Below, piece after piece: positions 8,803 to 17,298 of a stretch of 64,000 nucleotides of DNA (its first letter is position 1; each line of letters starts with the position of its first letter). Origin of the DNA: an uncultured Eubacteriales bacterium (GTDB lineage: Bacteria > Bacillota > Clostridia > Lachnospirales > Lachnospiraceae); the NCBI GenBank assembly GCA_900319565.1, contig ONPC01000133.1, positions 12,323 to 76,322 of the forward strand, written 5' to 3'. The notes below the pieces were generated by a model. That model saw only the letters and a program-made list of their open reading frames with translations. It did no database searches and was not told the origin of the DNA. A program made the translations under genes and the position numbers.

Positions 8803-10338
8803 GTGAGAAAATTAAAGAAATTCGGTTCTCTTCTCGCGGCCACCGCGATCGCAGTGACTGGAATATTTACTACCCCGTCCGACGCGGTGTTTGCGGATGA
8901 TGCAAACACTACCTATAGTTACACCTATGATATCTGGGGAGAAATGCAGAGTTCTCCGGATGCATACCGCCCGACAAAACATATCAGTGGTGATATGTTT
9001 GAGTTCGAACAGGAAGACGGCAGCATGGTTGCGAAGAATTTCGTAGAACCGCAAGGCCAGTTTATCCGCGGTAATAAGATCTATGTTTGCGACACCGGTA
9101 ACAACCGAATCGTCGAGATCGCTTTTGACGGTAAGGAATACAAAGGTGTTCGTGAGATCAAGGAATTCTTCGGTGAGGATGGCGAATCCCTGACCCTGAA
9201 TAAACCTTATGATATCTTCGTTACAGACAACGAAGAGATGATCATTTCCGATTACGGAAACGAGCGTGTGCTCCATGTAGATAAAGAAGCTAAACTGATC
9301 AAGATGATGACCGTTCCGGACGTTACACCGTTCAACGATGAAACCGACGCGAGAAAGTTCCAGCCTCAGAAACTGATCATGGACACCGCAGGCCGTATCT
9401 ATGTACAGGCCGAAAAGATCAACAAAGGTCTTTTGGAATTCGATACGGAAGGTAACTTTACACAGTATGTAGGTGCCAGCCCCGTAACCTTTAACATGAT
9501 CGACTACATCTGGCGTTTCTTCATGACGGAAGCACAGATCGCAGCTCAGCCCAAGTTCGTTCCTACCGAGTACAACAACGTAGCGATCGACAGCGAAGGT
9601 TTCATGTATGTTACATTGGCCACGTTCGATGATAACAAATACCTAACGGCAAATCCGGTCCGCCGCCTCAACAGCACCGGTTCGGATATTCTGGTTCGTA
9701 ATGGTAACGATCCGCCTTGCGGCGACCTTAAGTGGGACAATGCCGGCGGTTACAACGGACCTTCCCATTTCTATGATGTCGTAACATTCGACAACAACTC
9801 TTACTGCACGATCGACCAGACCCGTGGACGTATCTTTGCATATGACTTCCAGGGTAATCTGCTTTATGCATTCGGCGGCATCGGTAACCGTCTCGGCTAC
9901 TTCCGTAAGCCGGTTGCGATCGATCGTATGGGCGACAGCCTGTTTGTAATGGATGCGCAGTATTCCAATATCACTGTATTCGAGCTTACGGAATTCGGTG
10001 AATTGATCAACAAAGCACTTCGTGAATATCAGAACGCGGATTATGATAAGTCTGCAGAATACTGGAACAATGTTCTTCGTCTGAATGGTAACTACGATCT
10101 GGCTTACATCGGAGTAGGCCGTGCACTTCTCCGCCAGGAGAAATACGCTGAGGCTATGGATTACTTCAAGGCAAAGCGTGATCGAAGAAACTACTCAAAG
10201 GCATTTGAACAGTATCGTAAGGAACAGATCGAAGATCATATCGGTGATCTGGTGAAGGCGTTGATCGTAGTTCTGATCGGTGTATGGCTGATCAAGAAAG
10301 TACGTAAAATTCAGAGGGAGGTTAGAGAATGCGATTAA
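8803..10338 (+). CDS. Secreted NHL-repeat beta-propeller plus TPR protein with a C-terminal TM anchor
   Basis: ORF 8794-10338. Preferred start is GTG 8803, 8 nt after AAGGGGG. It has a signal peptide (MRKLKKFGSLLAATAIAVTG...VFA). About six NHL-like blades are visible (GNKIYVCDTGNNRIVEI, IISDYGNERVLHV, GRIYVQAE, GFMYVTLA, GRIFAYDFQGNLLYAFGG, DSLFVMDAQYSNITVF). A TPR-like segment and a terminal hydrophobic helix (ALIVVLIGVWLI) follow. Confidence 0.7.
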   Translation: MRKLKKFGSLLAATAIAVTGIFTTPSDAVFADDANTTYSYTYDIWGEMQSSPDAYRPTKHISGDMFEFEQEDGSMVAKNFVEPQGQFIRGNKIYVCDTGNNRIVEIAFDGKEYKGVREIKEFFGEDGESLTLNKPYDIFVTDNEEMIISDYGNERVLHVDKEAKLIKMMTVPDVTPFNDETDARKFQPQKLIMDTAGRIYVQAEKINKGLLEFDTEGNFTQYVGASPVTFNMIDYIWRFFMTEAQIAAQPKFVPTEYNNVAIDSEGFMYVTLATFDDNKYLTANPVRRLNSTGSDILVRNGNDPPCGDLKWDNAGGYNGPSHFYDVVTFDNNSYCTIDQTRGRIFAYDFQGNLLYAFGGIGNRLGYFRKPVAIDRMGDSLFVMDAQYSNITVFELTEFGELINKALREYQNADYDKSAEYWNNVLRLNGNYDLAYIGVGRALLRQEKYAEAMDYFKAKRDRRNYSKAFEQYRKEQIEDHIGDLVKALIVVLIGVWLIKKVRKIQREVRECD

Positions 10339-11006
10339 AGAAAATTAAGTTTTCGTCGTTGATCAGCAAAGAATGGCTGACGCACTTCGGAAAAACTCTT
10401 AAGTATTCATTGTATGTTATCTTCCATCCCTTTGATGGTTTTTGGGATCTGACTCATGAAAAGAGAGGATCCGTCGGCGCAGCGAACTTTTTGGTTTTCC
10501 TGTATCTGCTTTTGAATATACTTCGATTGCAGTTCACAAGTTTCCTGGTTCGAAACATCAATCTGAGCCGTATCAACATGTGGGTCGAGATCGCATCCGT
10601 TATCGCACCGATCCTTCTTTGGTGTGTATCTAACTGGGGCTTCACAACTCTCATGGATGGTAAAGGACGACTGAAGGAAGTTTACATGGGAACGGCTTAC
10701 GCCCTGACCCCCATGATCATCATCGGATATCCGAACATGATCCTCAGTAACTTCCTCACGATCGAGGAGATCACGTTCTATTCCTTCTTTGATACGCTCT
10801 CCCTGATCTGGTTTGTAGCTCTGGTTTTGGCCGCTATGATGATGATCCACGATTACTCATTGACTAAGACGGTTTTCTCCAGTGTTCTTACATTGGTCGG
10901 AATGGCAGTCATCGTATTCATTCTGGTTGTATTCTTCAGTTTGATCAGTGATGGTATTGCATACTTTGTTTCCTTGTATCAGGAAATACAGTTCCGGTTC
11001 TATTAA
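10329..11006 (+). CDS. Yip1-family-like polytopic membrane protein
   Basis: 225 aa with five hydrophobic helices. It overlaps the upstream gene by 10 nt. The Yip1 assignment comes from recalled family architecture and from recurrent annotation of this gene next to DUF5696 genes. It was not verified by search. Confidence 0.5.
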   Translation: MRLKKIKFSSLISKEWLTHFGKTLKYSLYVIFHPFDGFWDLTHEKRGSVGAANFLVFLYLLLNILRLQFTSFLVRNINLSRINMWVEIASVIAPILLWCVSNWGFTTLMDGKGRLKEVYMGTAYALTPMIIIGYPNMILSNFLTIEEITFYSFFDTLSLIWFVALVLAAMMMIHDYSLTKTVFSSVLTLVGMAVIVFILVVFFSLISDGIAYFVSLYQEIQFRFY

Positions 11007-11039
11007 AACGTAGTTTGTGAGAAAGGAGGACTAGATCCA

Positions 11040-13622
11040 ATGAAAAAAATCATCAAGACCGCGGGAATGTTACTGCTCTCCGCGACGATGATGTTTGGGG
11101 TAACGGCGTGTGAAAAAAGCGTTCCCGGTATGAAGGCTGAGATTTATGAACATCAAGGCCCTGCAGAAGGCGAAACGGAACAACCCGTCGTGATCTCCAA
11201 TGATTATCTGGAAATGACATTCGATCCTGCCACAACTGCGTTTGACCTTTTGGTGAAAAGCACAGGACAGAAATGGCATTCATGTGCGATCGATCCGGAT
11301 AGTGATCCCGTAGCTACTGCCGATTTCAAAAAGACCATGGCGTCAAATATTGTAATCGAGTTCAGTTCTATTCAGGGTGATACAAAACCGTATAACACAA
11401 TGAAGCACAGCGTCGACAACATGTACTACAAGGTTGAATCCGATGATAAATCCGTCACGGTTAAGTACACGATCGGCGAACTTACGAAAACTTACTTCAT
11501 TCCAATCGTAGCGAATGAAGAAGAGATGCAGGTATTTTTCGATCAGCTTACTGCAAAGGATCAACGTTTTGTTAAAAACATCTATCGTTTATACGATATC
11601 AATAAGCTGCAGAAAACAGATAACAAGGACGACCTGTTAACTAAGTACCCGAAGCTTGCAGAAGAAAAGCTTTACATTCTGCGTGACGGCCAGCCGGCTT
11701 ATCAGCTGCAGAAACTCGAAGATATGCTCAGTGAACTCGGATTTACCGAGGATGACTACAGAGCACAGGCTGAGGAGTATGGTATTTCCGTAGACAGCGG
11801 CGATAAGCCTACCTTTAACGTAACGGTTAAGTATACGCTGGATGGTGATACGCTCCTGGTTGAAGTTCCTATGAACGAGCTTCGCTATCCGAAGGATAAC
11901 CCGATGACCCGTTTAAAGATCCTTCCTTATTTCGGATGCGGATCTTCTAAGGACGAAGGATTTTTGTTCGTCCCCGATGGTCCCGGATCTTTGATCAACT
12001 TTAACAACAATAAGACTCAGCAGATCCTGTATTATTCGAATATGTATGGTTGGGATGTCGCTCAGACACGTACTGCCGTCGTAAACGATAACCAGTGCCA
12101 TCTGCCGGTATTCGGTATCAGCAACAACGGCCAGTCATTTATCTGCGCTATGGAGGACGGAGTTCCTTACGCAGCGATCGAAGCGGATATCGCAGGTCGT
12201 GTAACAAATACCAGAAACTATGTATGTGCAAACTACCAGATCTGTCACAGTGAGAAACTGGATGTACAGGGTAAGGTCAGCGGTAACATGTACATGTATG
12301 AGGATTCACTTCCTCAGGATGAAGTCATTCGCCAGCGTTACATCTTCTGTCAGGAAGACGGTTATGTTGATATGGCGAAGACCTATCGTAAATACCTCCA
12401 GGAAAAATATCCTGAGTACATGAAGAAGATCGAAACTGCACAGGTTCCGATGACTGTAGATATTCTCGGTTCTATTGAGATCCTGAAGCAGATCGCAGGT
12501 ATTCCTACAAAGACACCGGAAGCTCTGACTACCTATAAGGAAGCCGCAGCATTGATCGCTGAGATGGCTGACGAAAACAAGTGGTCGGACATCAATGTGC
12601 GTTATCTCGGATGGTTCAACGGCGGCGTTCTGAATGCAGCTGCTACCGATATCCGGTTGATTGGCGCTTTGGGCGGAAAGAGCAGCCTGAAGAAGGTAGT
12701 TTCCACCGCTCAGGAAAAGGGCTTTGACATCTATCTGGATGGTGAAGTTCAGTTCGTATACGGCAACAAGATGTTCGATGGTTATACCAGAAACGGTGAT
12801 ACCGCGAAACTTGTAAACCGTGAGTATGTAAAACTGTATGATTTCTCTCCGGTATGGTTCGGACAGTTGAAAGACAAAGATTACTATTGGCTTGCAAGAC
12901 CTTCCGTAACCCTTGAGATGATGGATAACATCGCTGAGTACGCCGGAAAGATCGGAACCAATAACTATTCATTCGGCAGCGTCGGTAATAAGCTGGGTGC
13001 GGATTACAACTACAAACACCCCGTATCCCGTAATGAAACACTGAATATGCAGGCCGAGAAGATCAAGGAACTCGTTGACGGCGGTGCTAAGGTCATCGTG
13101 GACGGCGGAAACTTCATGCCTTCCATTTATGCAAATGTTCTTGTGAACATTCCGGTACAGAGCCAGAAAATGAGCATCCTGGATGCACAGATACCTTTCT
13201 ACGGAATGGTATTCCACGGTTCCAAACAGATCATGGGTAAGGCAATCAACCTTGCTTCTGATTATACCAACAATCTCCTGGCTTCCATCGAAAACGGATG
13301 TGGTCTCTACTTCGTATTTATGGATGAATCCACTGTAACTCTTCAGGAAACGGATTACACCAAGTATTACGGAGCGGAATACAGCAAGTGGAAGAAAGAA
13401 GCGAGTGAGCTGTACCGTAAGATCCAGATCGATCTTGGATCCACATATAATCAGTATATTGTAGATCATAAGATCGTTAGAGACGGCCTCAACTATACCG
13501 AGTATGAGGACGGCGCCGGAAACAGAACGCGTGTATACGTAAACTACAATTCGTATGACGAAACGGCTGACGGTGTGACGGTTCCTGCGCACAGCTTCAC
13601 AGTAACGAAAGGAGGTAACTAA
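11040..13622 (+). CDS. Large lipoprotein, DUF5696-like (uncharacterised, possibly glycoside-hydrolase-like)
   Basis: Lipoprotein signal with lipobox (MMFGVTAC). 860 aa with no other TM. The DUF5696 assignment comes from recall of the conserved NHL / Yip1 / DUF5696 neighbourhood in Firmicute sugar loci. Confidence 0.5.
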   Translation: MKKIIKTAGMLLLSATMMFGVTACEKSVPGMKAEIYEHQGPAEGETEQPVVISNDYLEMTFDPATTAFDLLVKSTGQKWHSCAIDPDSDPVATADFKKTMASNIVIEFSSIQGDTKPYNTMKHSVDNMYYKVESDDKSVTVKYTIGELTKTYFIPIVANEEEMQVFFDQLTAKDQRFVKNIYRLYDINKLQKTDNKDDLLTKYPKLAEEKLYILRDGQPAYQLQKLEDMLSELGFTEDDYRAQAEEYGISVDSGDKPTFNVTVKYTLDGDTLLVEVPMNELRYPKDNPMTRLKILPYFGCGSSKDEGFLFVPDGPGSLINFNNNKTQQILYYSNMYGWDVAQTRTAVVNDNQCHLPVFGISNNGQSFICAMEDGVPYAAIEADIAGRVTNTRNYVCANYQICHSEKLDVQGKVSGNMYMYEDSLPQDEVIRQRYIFCQEDGYVDMAKTYRKYLQEKYPEYMKKIETAQVPMTVDILGSIEILKQIAGIPTKTPEALTTYKEAAALIAEMADENKWSDINVRYLGWFNGGVLNAAATDIRLIGALGGKSSLKKVVSTAQEKGFDIYLDGEVQFVYGNKMFDGYTRNGDTAKLVNREYVKLYDFSPVWFGQLKDKDYYWLARPSVTLEMMDNIAEYAGKIGTNNYSFGSVGNKLGADYNYKHPVSRNETLNMQAEKIKELVDGGAKVIVDGGNFMPSIYANVLVNIPVQSQKMSILDAQIPFYGMVFHGSKQIMGKAINLASDYTNNLLASIENGCGLYFVFMDESTVTLQETDYTKYYGAEYSKWKKEASELYRKIQIDLGSTYNQYIVDHKIVRDGLNYTEYEDGAGNRTRVYVNYNSYDETADGVTVPAHSFTVTKGGN

Positions 13623-13624
13623 GG

Positions 13625-14590
13625 ATGGCGGAAAATAATGCTGCACCTGAGAGTGTTCAGGTTGTGAACGTGCCGAATACAAAGCGGCGCGGAAGTTCCA
13701 TGGCAAAACGTAACGCGATCGCGGGTTTCCTCTGGACGCTTCCTTTTACGATCGGTTTCATCGCTTTCATGCTGATACCGATGTTTGAGTCGGCCTACAT
13801 GGCCTTCAGTAAAGTAACGATCGATATTCAAAATCACTCATATGTAAAGGAATGGATCGGATTAAAGAACTTCGATTATATTCTGAATGTAGACCCTAAC
13901 TACAAACGGACTCTGCTTGAGTCTCTCGGTAACATGGGATTACAGATCGTAGCGGTTTTGATCTTCAGTTACTTCGTAGCATTCCTGTTAAATCAGGAGT
14001 TTAAGGGCAGAGCATTTGTTAGAGCCGTGTTCTTCTTACCGGTTATTCTTTCTTCCGGTATCCTGTTGAACCTCGATACGAATAACTCCCTTCTTAAAGG
14101 CATGACGGAACTCATTAAGGAGTCCAATAATGCCGCTTCCCGTATCACCGGTGTTTTGGAGGATGTCCTGGCTTCCGGTAACGGACGGCTCAGTGACCTG
14201 ATGCAGACCATCTTTGATCTCGTAAACAGCGTTTACGACATCGCAATCGCATCCGGTATCCAGATCATCATATTCCTTTCCGGTTTACAGACCATCCCGA
14301 ACAGCATGTATGAGGCTTCTAAGATGGAAGGATGTACCGGATGGGAGAGTTTCTGGAAGATCACCTTCCCGATGACCAGTTCCTTGATCATCGTAAATGT
14401 TGTCTATTCGATCATCGACTTCTGTACACGCTCGGATAACGGAGTCATGTCAATGGTGAAAGCACAGATGCTTCAGAGAATGGATTACGGTCTGACATCT
14501 GCTATGGCATGGTTATATTTCGCCTGCATCGCCGCGATCGTTGGTTTGGTAACATTTATTATTTCTAAGTGGGTATACTATTATGAGTAA
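13625..14590 (+). CDS. Carbohydrate ABC transporter permease (MalF-like), second system
   Basis: ATG 13625 lies 9 nt after GGAGG (13611-13615). Polytopic profile. EAA-loop MYEASKMEGCTGWESFWKITFPM. Confidence 0.8.
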   Translation: MAENNAAPESVQVVNVPNTKRRGSSMAKRNAIAGFLWTLPFTIGFIAFMLIPMFESAYMAFSKVTIDIQNHSYVKEWIGLKNFDYILNVDPNYKRTLLESLGNMGLQIVAVLIFSYFVAFLLNQEFKGRAFVRAVFFLPVILSSGILLNLDTNNSLLKGMTELIKESNNAASRITGVLEDVLASGNGRLSDLMQTIFDLVNSVYDIAIASGIQIIIFLSGLQTIPNSMYEASKMEGCTGWESFWKITFPMTSSLIIVNVVYSIIDFCTRSDNGVMSMVKAQMLQRMDYGLTSAMAWLYFACIAAIVGLVTFIISKWVYYYE

Positions 14591-15599
14591 AGAGAAAGAA
14601 ATCAAATTGGGAACGCAGATGTCTTACTGGGAGAGAAACCGTTTATCACACGGTTATCTGCTCCGTAAGAGTATCCGCAAATGGGCCATCAGCATTTTCC
14701 GAGCTGTGCTGTTATTCGGTCTGTGTTTCCTGATCGTTCAACCGCTGTTAAACAAGCTTTCCGTAAGCTTCATGGAAGAGCGTGATCTCTATGACTCGAC
14801 CATTATCTCGATACCTCGTCACTTTACGACGGCTAACTACAAACTCGTTACGGAATTGATCGAATATTGGAAGGCACTCATTAACACAACTTGGGTTTCC
14901 CTGCTTTCCTCGATCCTTCAGATCATATCCTGTACCATGATCGGATATGGCTTCGCAAGATACAAATTCCCGTTCAAGAATTTCCTGTTTGCTTGCGTTA
15001 TGCTTACGATCATCATCCCGCCGCAGACCATCATGAGCTCATTGTATCTGCACTTCCAGTTCTTTGATTTCGTTGATTTCTTCGGCATCTTCAAAATGAT
15101 CACCGGCAAGAACATTACTTCTGTCAGCCTGATCGGTAACGGTGTCGCTTACTTCATGCTTGCGGCTACCGGTATGGCACTTCGTAGCGGCCTGTACATC
15201 TTCATGTTGCGTCAGTACTTCCGTGGAGTTCCGAAGGAACTTGAGGAAGCGGCTTACGTAGATGGCTGCGGTAAGATCCGTACATTCATTCAGATCATGC
15301 TTCCGGATGCAAGACCGATGCTTACTTCTGTTTTCCTGTTCTCACTCGTATGGCAGTGGACGGATAACTTCTACAGCACCCTGTTCTTCCGTAAGATCAC
15401 ACTGCTTACAGACCACCTCGGAACCATTCCCGAGAAACTGTTGCAGCGTAGTGGTACCAACACACCGCCGGCTACGGCATATGGTCAGATGATGACTGCT
15501 ACAGGTATGTTGATCACCATCGCTCCTCTGCTTATTCTTTATCTGTTTGCTCAGAAAGGCTTCGTTGAAAGCTTGAGCCAGACCGGTATTAAGATGTAA
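14583..15599 (+). CDS. Carbohydrate ABC transporter permease (MalG-like), second system
   Basis: Overlaps the upstream permease by 8 nt. EAA-loop LEEAAYVDGCGKIRTFIQIMLPDARP. Confidence 0.8.
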   Translation: MSKEKEIKLGTQMSYWERNRLSHGYLLRKSIRKWAISIFRAVLLFGLCFLIVQPLLNKLSVSFMEERDLYDSTIISIPRHFTTANYKLVTELIEYWKALINTTWVSLLSSILQIISCTMIGYGFARYKFPFKNFLFACVMLTIIIPPQTIMSSLYLHFQFFDFVDFFGIFKMITGKNITSVSLIGNGVAYFMLAATGMALRSGLYIFMLRQYFRGVPKELEEAAYVDGCGKIRTFIQIMLPDARPMLTSVFLFSLVWQWTDNFYSTLFFRKITLLTDHLGTIPEKLLQRSGTNTPPATAYGQMMTATGMLITIAPLLILYLFAQKGFVESLSQTGIKM

Positions 15600-15668
15600 G
15601 AGGCAGCAAAACTCAATTTTGTGCAACATCCCATAAGGGGTTAAGCAATAAATAATAGGAGGTAAACT

Positions 15669-17192
15669 ATGAGAAAGTTTCAAAAAGCAACAGCACTCGC
15701 ACTTTCATCTGCTTTGGCTCTGACTGCACTTGCAGGATGTGACAAGAAGAAAGACGACGAGACCACAAAGGCCAATGAAGGCAACACCACAGCTGCGGCT
15801 AAGCCTACAGAGGGAACTAAGCCTGCTGAGACTAAGGCTACACCTGTCGAGACTACAGCAGCCCCGACAACACAGGCTCCGGTAACCGGTACGGAAGCTA
15901 AGCTTCAGGCTCTCGAAGCAAAGGGCGTTGACCTTAAGGGACGCGATGTAAGAATCGTTAACTGGTGGGAAGGCGAACCCCAGGAGCCGAAGAACACCTA
16001 CGAGGAAGATCTTCTTGCTTATCGTAACAGAATTCAGGATACGTTCAAGTTTAAGATCCACACCGATAACATCGGTGGTTGGGGCGAGAGCTACACCACG
16101 CAGCTTTCTTCTTCCATCACTGCAGGTGAGCCGATTGGCCAGATCTGTGTATTGGATGCAGGTTGGGTTGCAGGTCTTATGAACAACAAGATGTTCGCTC
16201 CCCTTGATACACTCAGCAACCTTGATTTTAGTGCTGAGAAGTGGAACAAGGGTGTTCTCGAGGCAGTTTCCTTTGCAGGACATATCTATGGTATGGCTGT
16301 AGACCACGAGCCTCGTGGCGGTATCTTCTTTAACAAGAGACTCCTTCAGGAAGCTGGTTACGGCGCTGATGATCTCTACGATTTCCAGAAGGACGGAAAG
16401 TGGACATGGTCCAAGTTCGAAGAAGTTCTGAAGGCTTGTACGAGAGATAAGGACGGCGACGGTGAGATCGATACTTGGGGTATGGTTAACTTCAACAGTG
16501 ACTACTTCTCGATCGCTATTTACTCTTCAGGCGCACAGTTCGTATCTAAGGATAAGGACGGACATTTCGTAAACGAGATGACCACCCAGAAGTTCCTGGA
16601 TGCTCTTACCTGGGCTAACGACATGTGGCAGAAGTATGCTGAGCCGCAGCCTGCTGATTCCGATTGGGATTACTTCAAGCAGTGCTTTGCAAAGGGCGAA
16701 GCTGCTATGCGTGTAACTGAGGAATATGCTAAGTCCGAGTTCAAAGATCAGTTGACCGATGAGTGGGGCTTCGTATGCTTCCCTTGCCCGGATGGACAGG
16801 AGATCCTTTGCTACGATAAGGAAAACGTTCTGTTTATTCCTTCTTCTTACAGCAATGACGAAGCTAACGAGATCGCTCTTGCTTACGATCTGTTCACCGA
16901 TCCGGCTCCGGGTTACGAAGACGGTGAGGCTTGGAAGGAAGCTTACTACGGCGCATACGTAGATTCCAGAGCTGTTGATGAGACTCTTAACATGATGAAG
17001 AGAGGCAAGAACATTAAGAACCGTATGGATAGCTATGTAGCAGGTCTTAGTGATACCCTTGGTTCCGGATTTATCTGGGACATCGCTGGTGGCGCTGTAA
17101 CTCCTGCAGAAGCTGTTGAAGCTAAGAAGGGCGCATGGGATCAGGTTATCGCTGATCAGAACGCAGCTCTTGACGTTCTCAAGGCTCAGTAA
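15669..17192 (+). CDS. ABC substrate-binding lipoprotein (family-1 SBP), second system
   Basis: Lipobox LTALAGC, a T/A/P-rich linker, then an SBP-like domain. GGAGG lies upstream of ATG 15669. Confidence 0.8.
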   Translation: MRKFQKATALALSSALALTALAGCDKKKDDETTKANEGNTTAAAKPTEGTKPAETKATPVETTAAPTTQAPVTGTEAKLQALEAKGVDLKGRDVRIVNWWEGEPQEPKNTYEEDLLAYRNRIQDTFKFKIHTDNIGGWGESYTTQLSSSITAGEPIGQICVLDAGWVAGLMNNKMFAPLDTLSNLDFSAEKWNKGVLEAVSFAGHIYGMAVDHEPRGGIFFNKRLLQEAGYGADDLYDFQKDGKWTWSKFEEVLKACTRDKDGDGEIDTWGMVNFNSDYFSIAIYSSGAQFVSKDKDGHFVNEMTTQKFLDALTWANDMWQKYAEPQPADSDWDYFKQCFAKGEAAMRVTEEYAKSEFKDQLTDEWGFVCFPCPDGQEILCYDKENVLFIPSSYSNDEANEIALAYDLFTDPAPGYEDGEAWKEAYYGAYVDSRAVDETLNMMKRGKNIKNRMDSYVAGLSDTLGSGFIWDIAGGAVTPAEAVEAKKGAWDQVIADQNAALDVLKAQ

Positions 17193-17246
17193 TGGACTGA
17201 CAACCTGTGAAAACAGGAAATTATAATGCCGTAAGGCATTGATGTG

Positions 17247-17285
17247 GAGGCCTTCTCTGATTTCAGAGAGGGCCTCTGCTGTTAT
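17247..17285 (+). terminator. Hairpin / partial terminator after the SBP gene
   Basis: GAGGCCTTCTCTGA (17247-17260) pairs with TCAGAGAGGGCCTC (17263-17276), followed by a U-containing tract (TGCTGTTATT). It lies inside the ORF-track N-terminal extension of the GH3 gene, which supports the 17299 start. Confidence 0.4.
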
Positions 17286-17298
17286 TGGAGGATTTACG

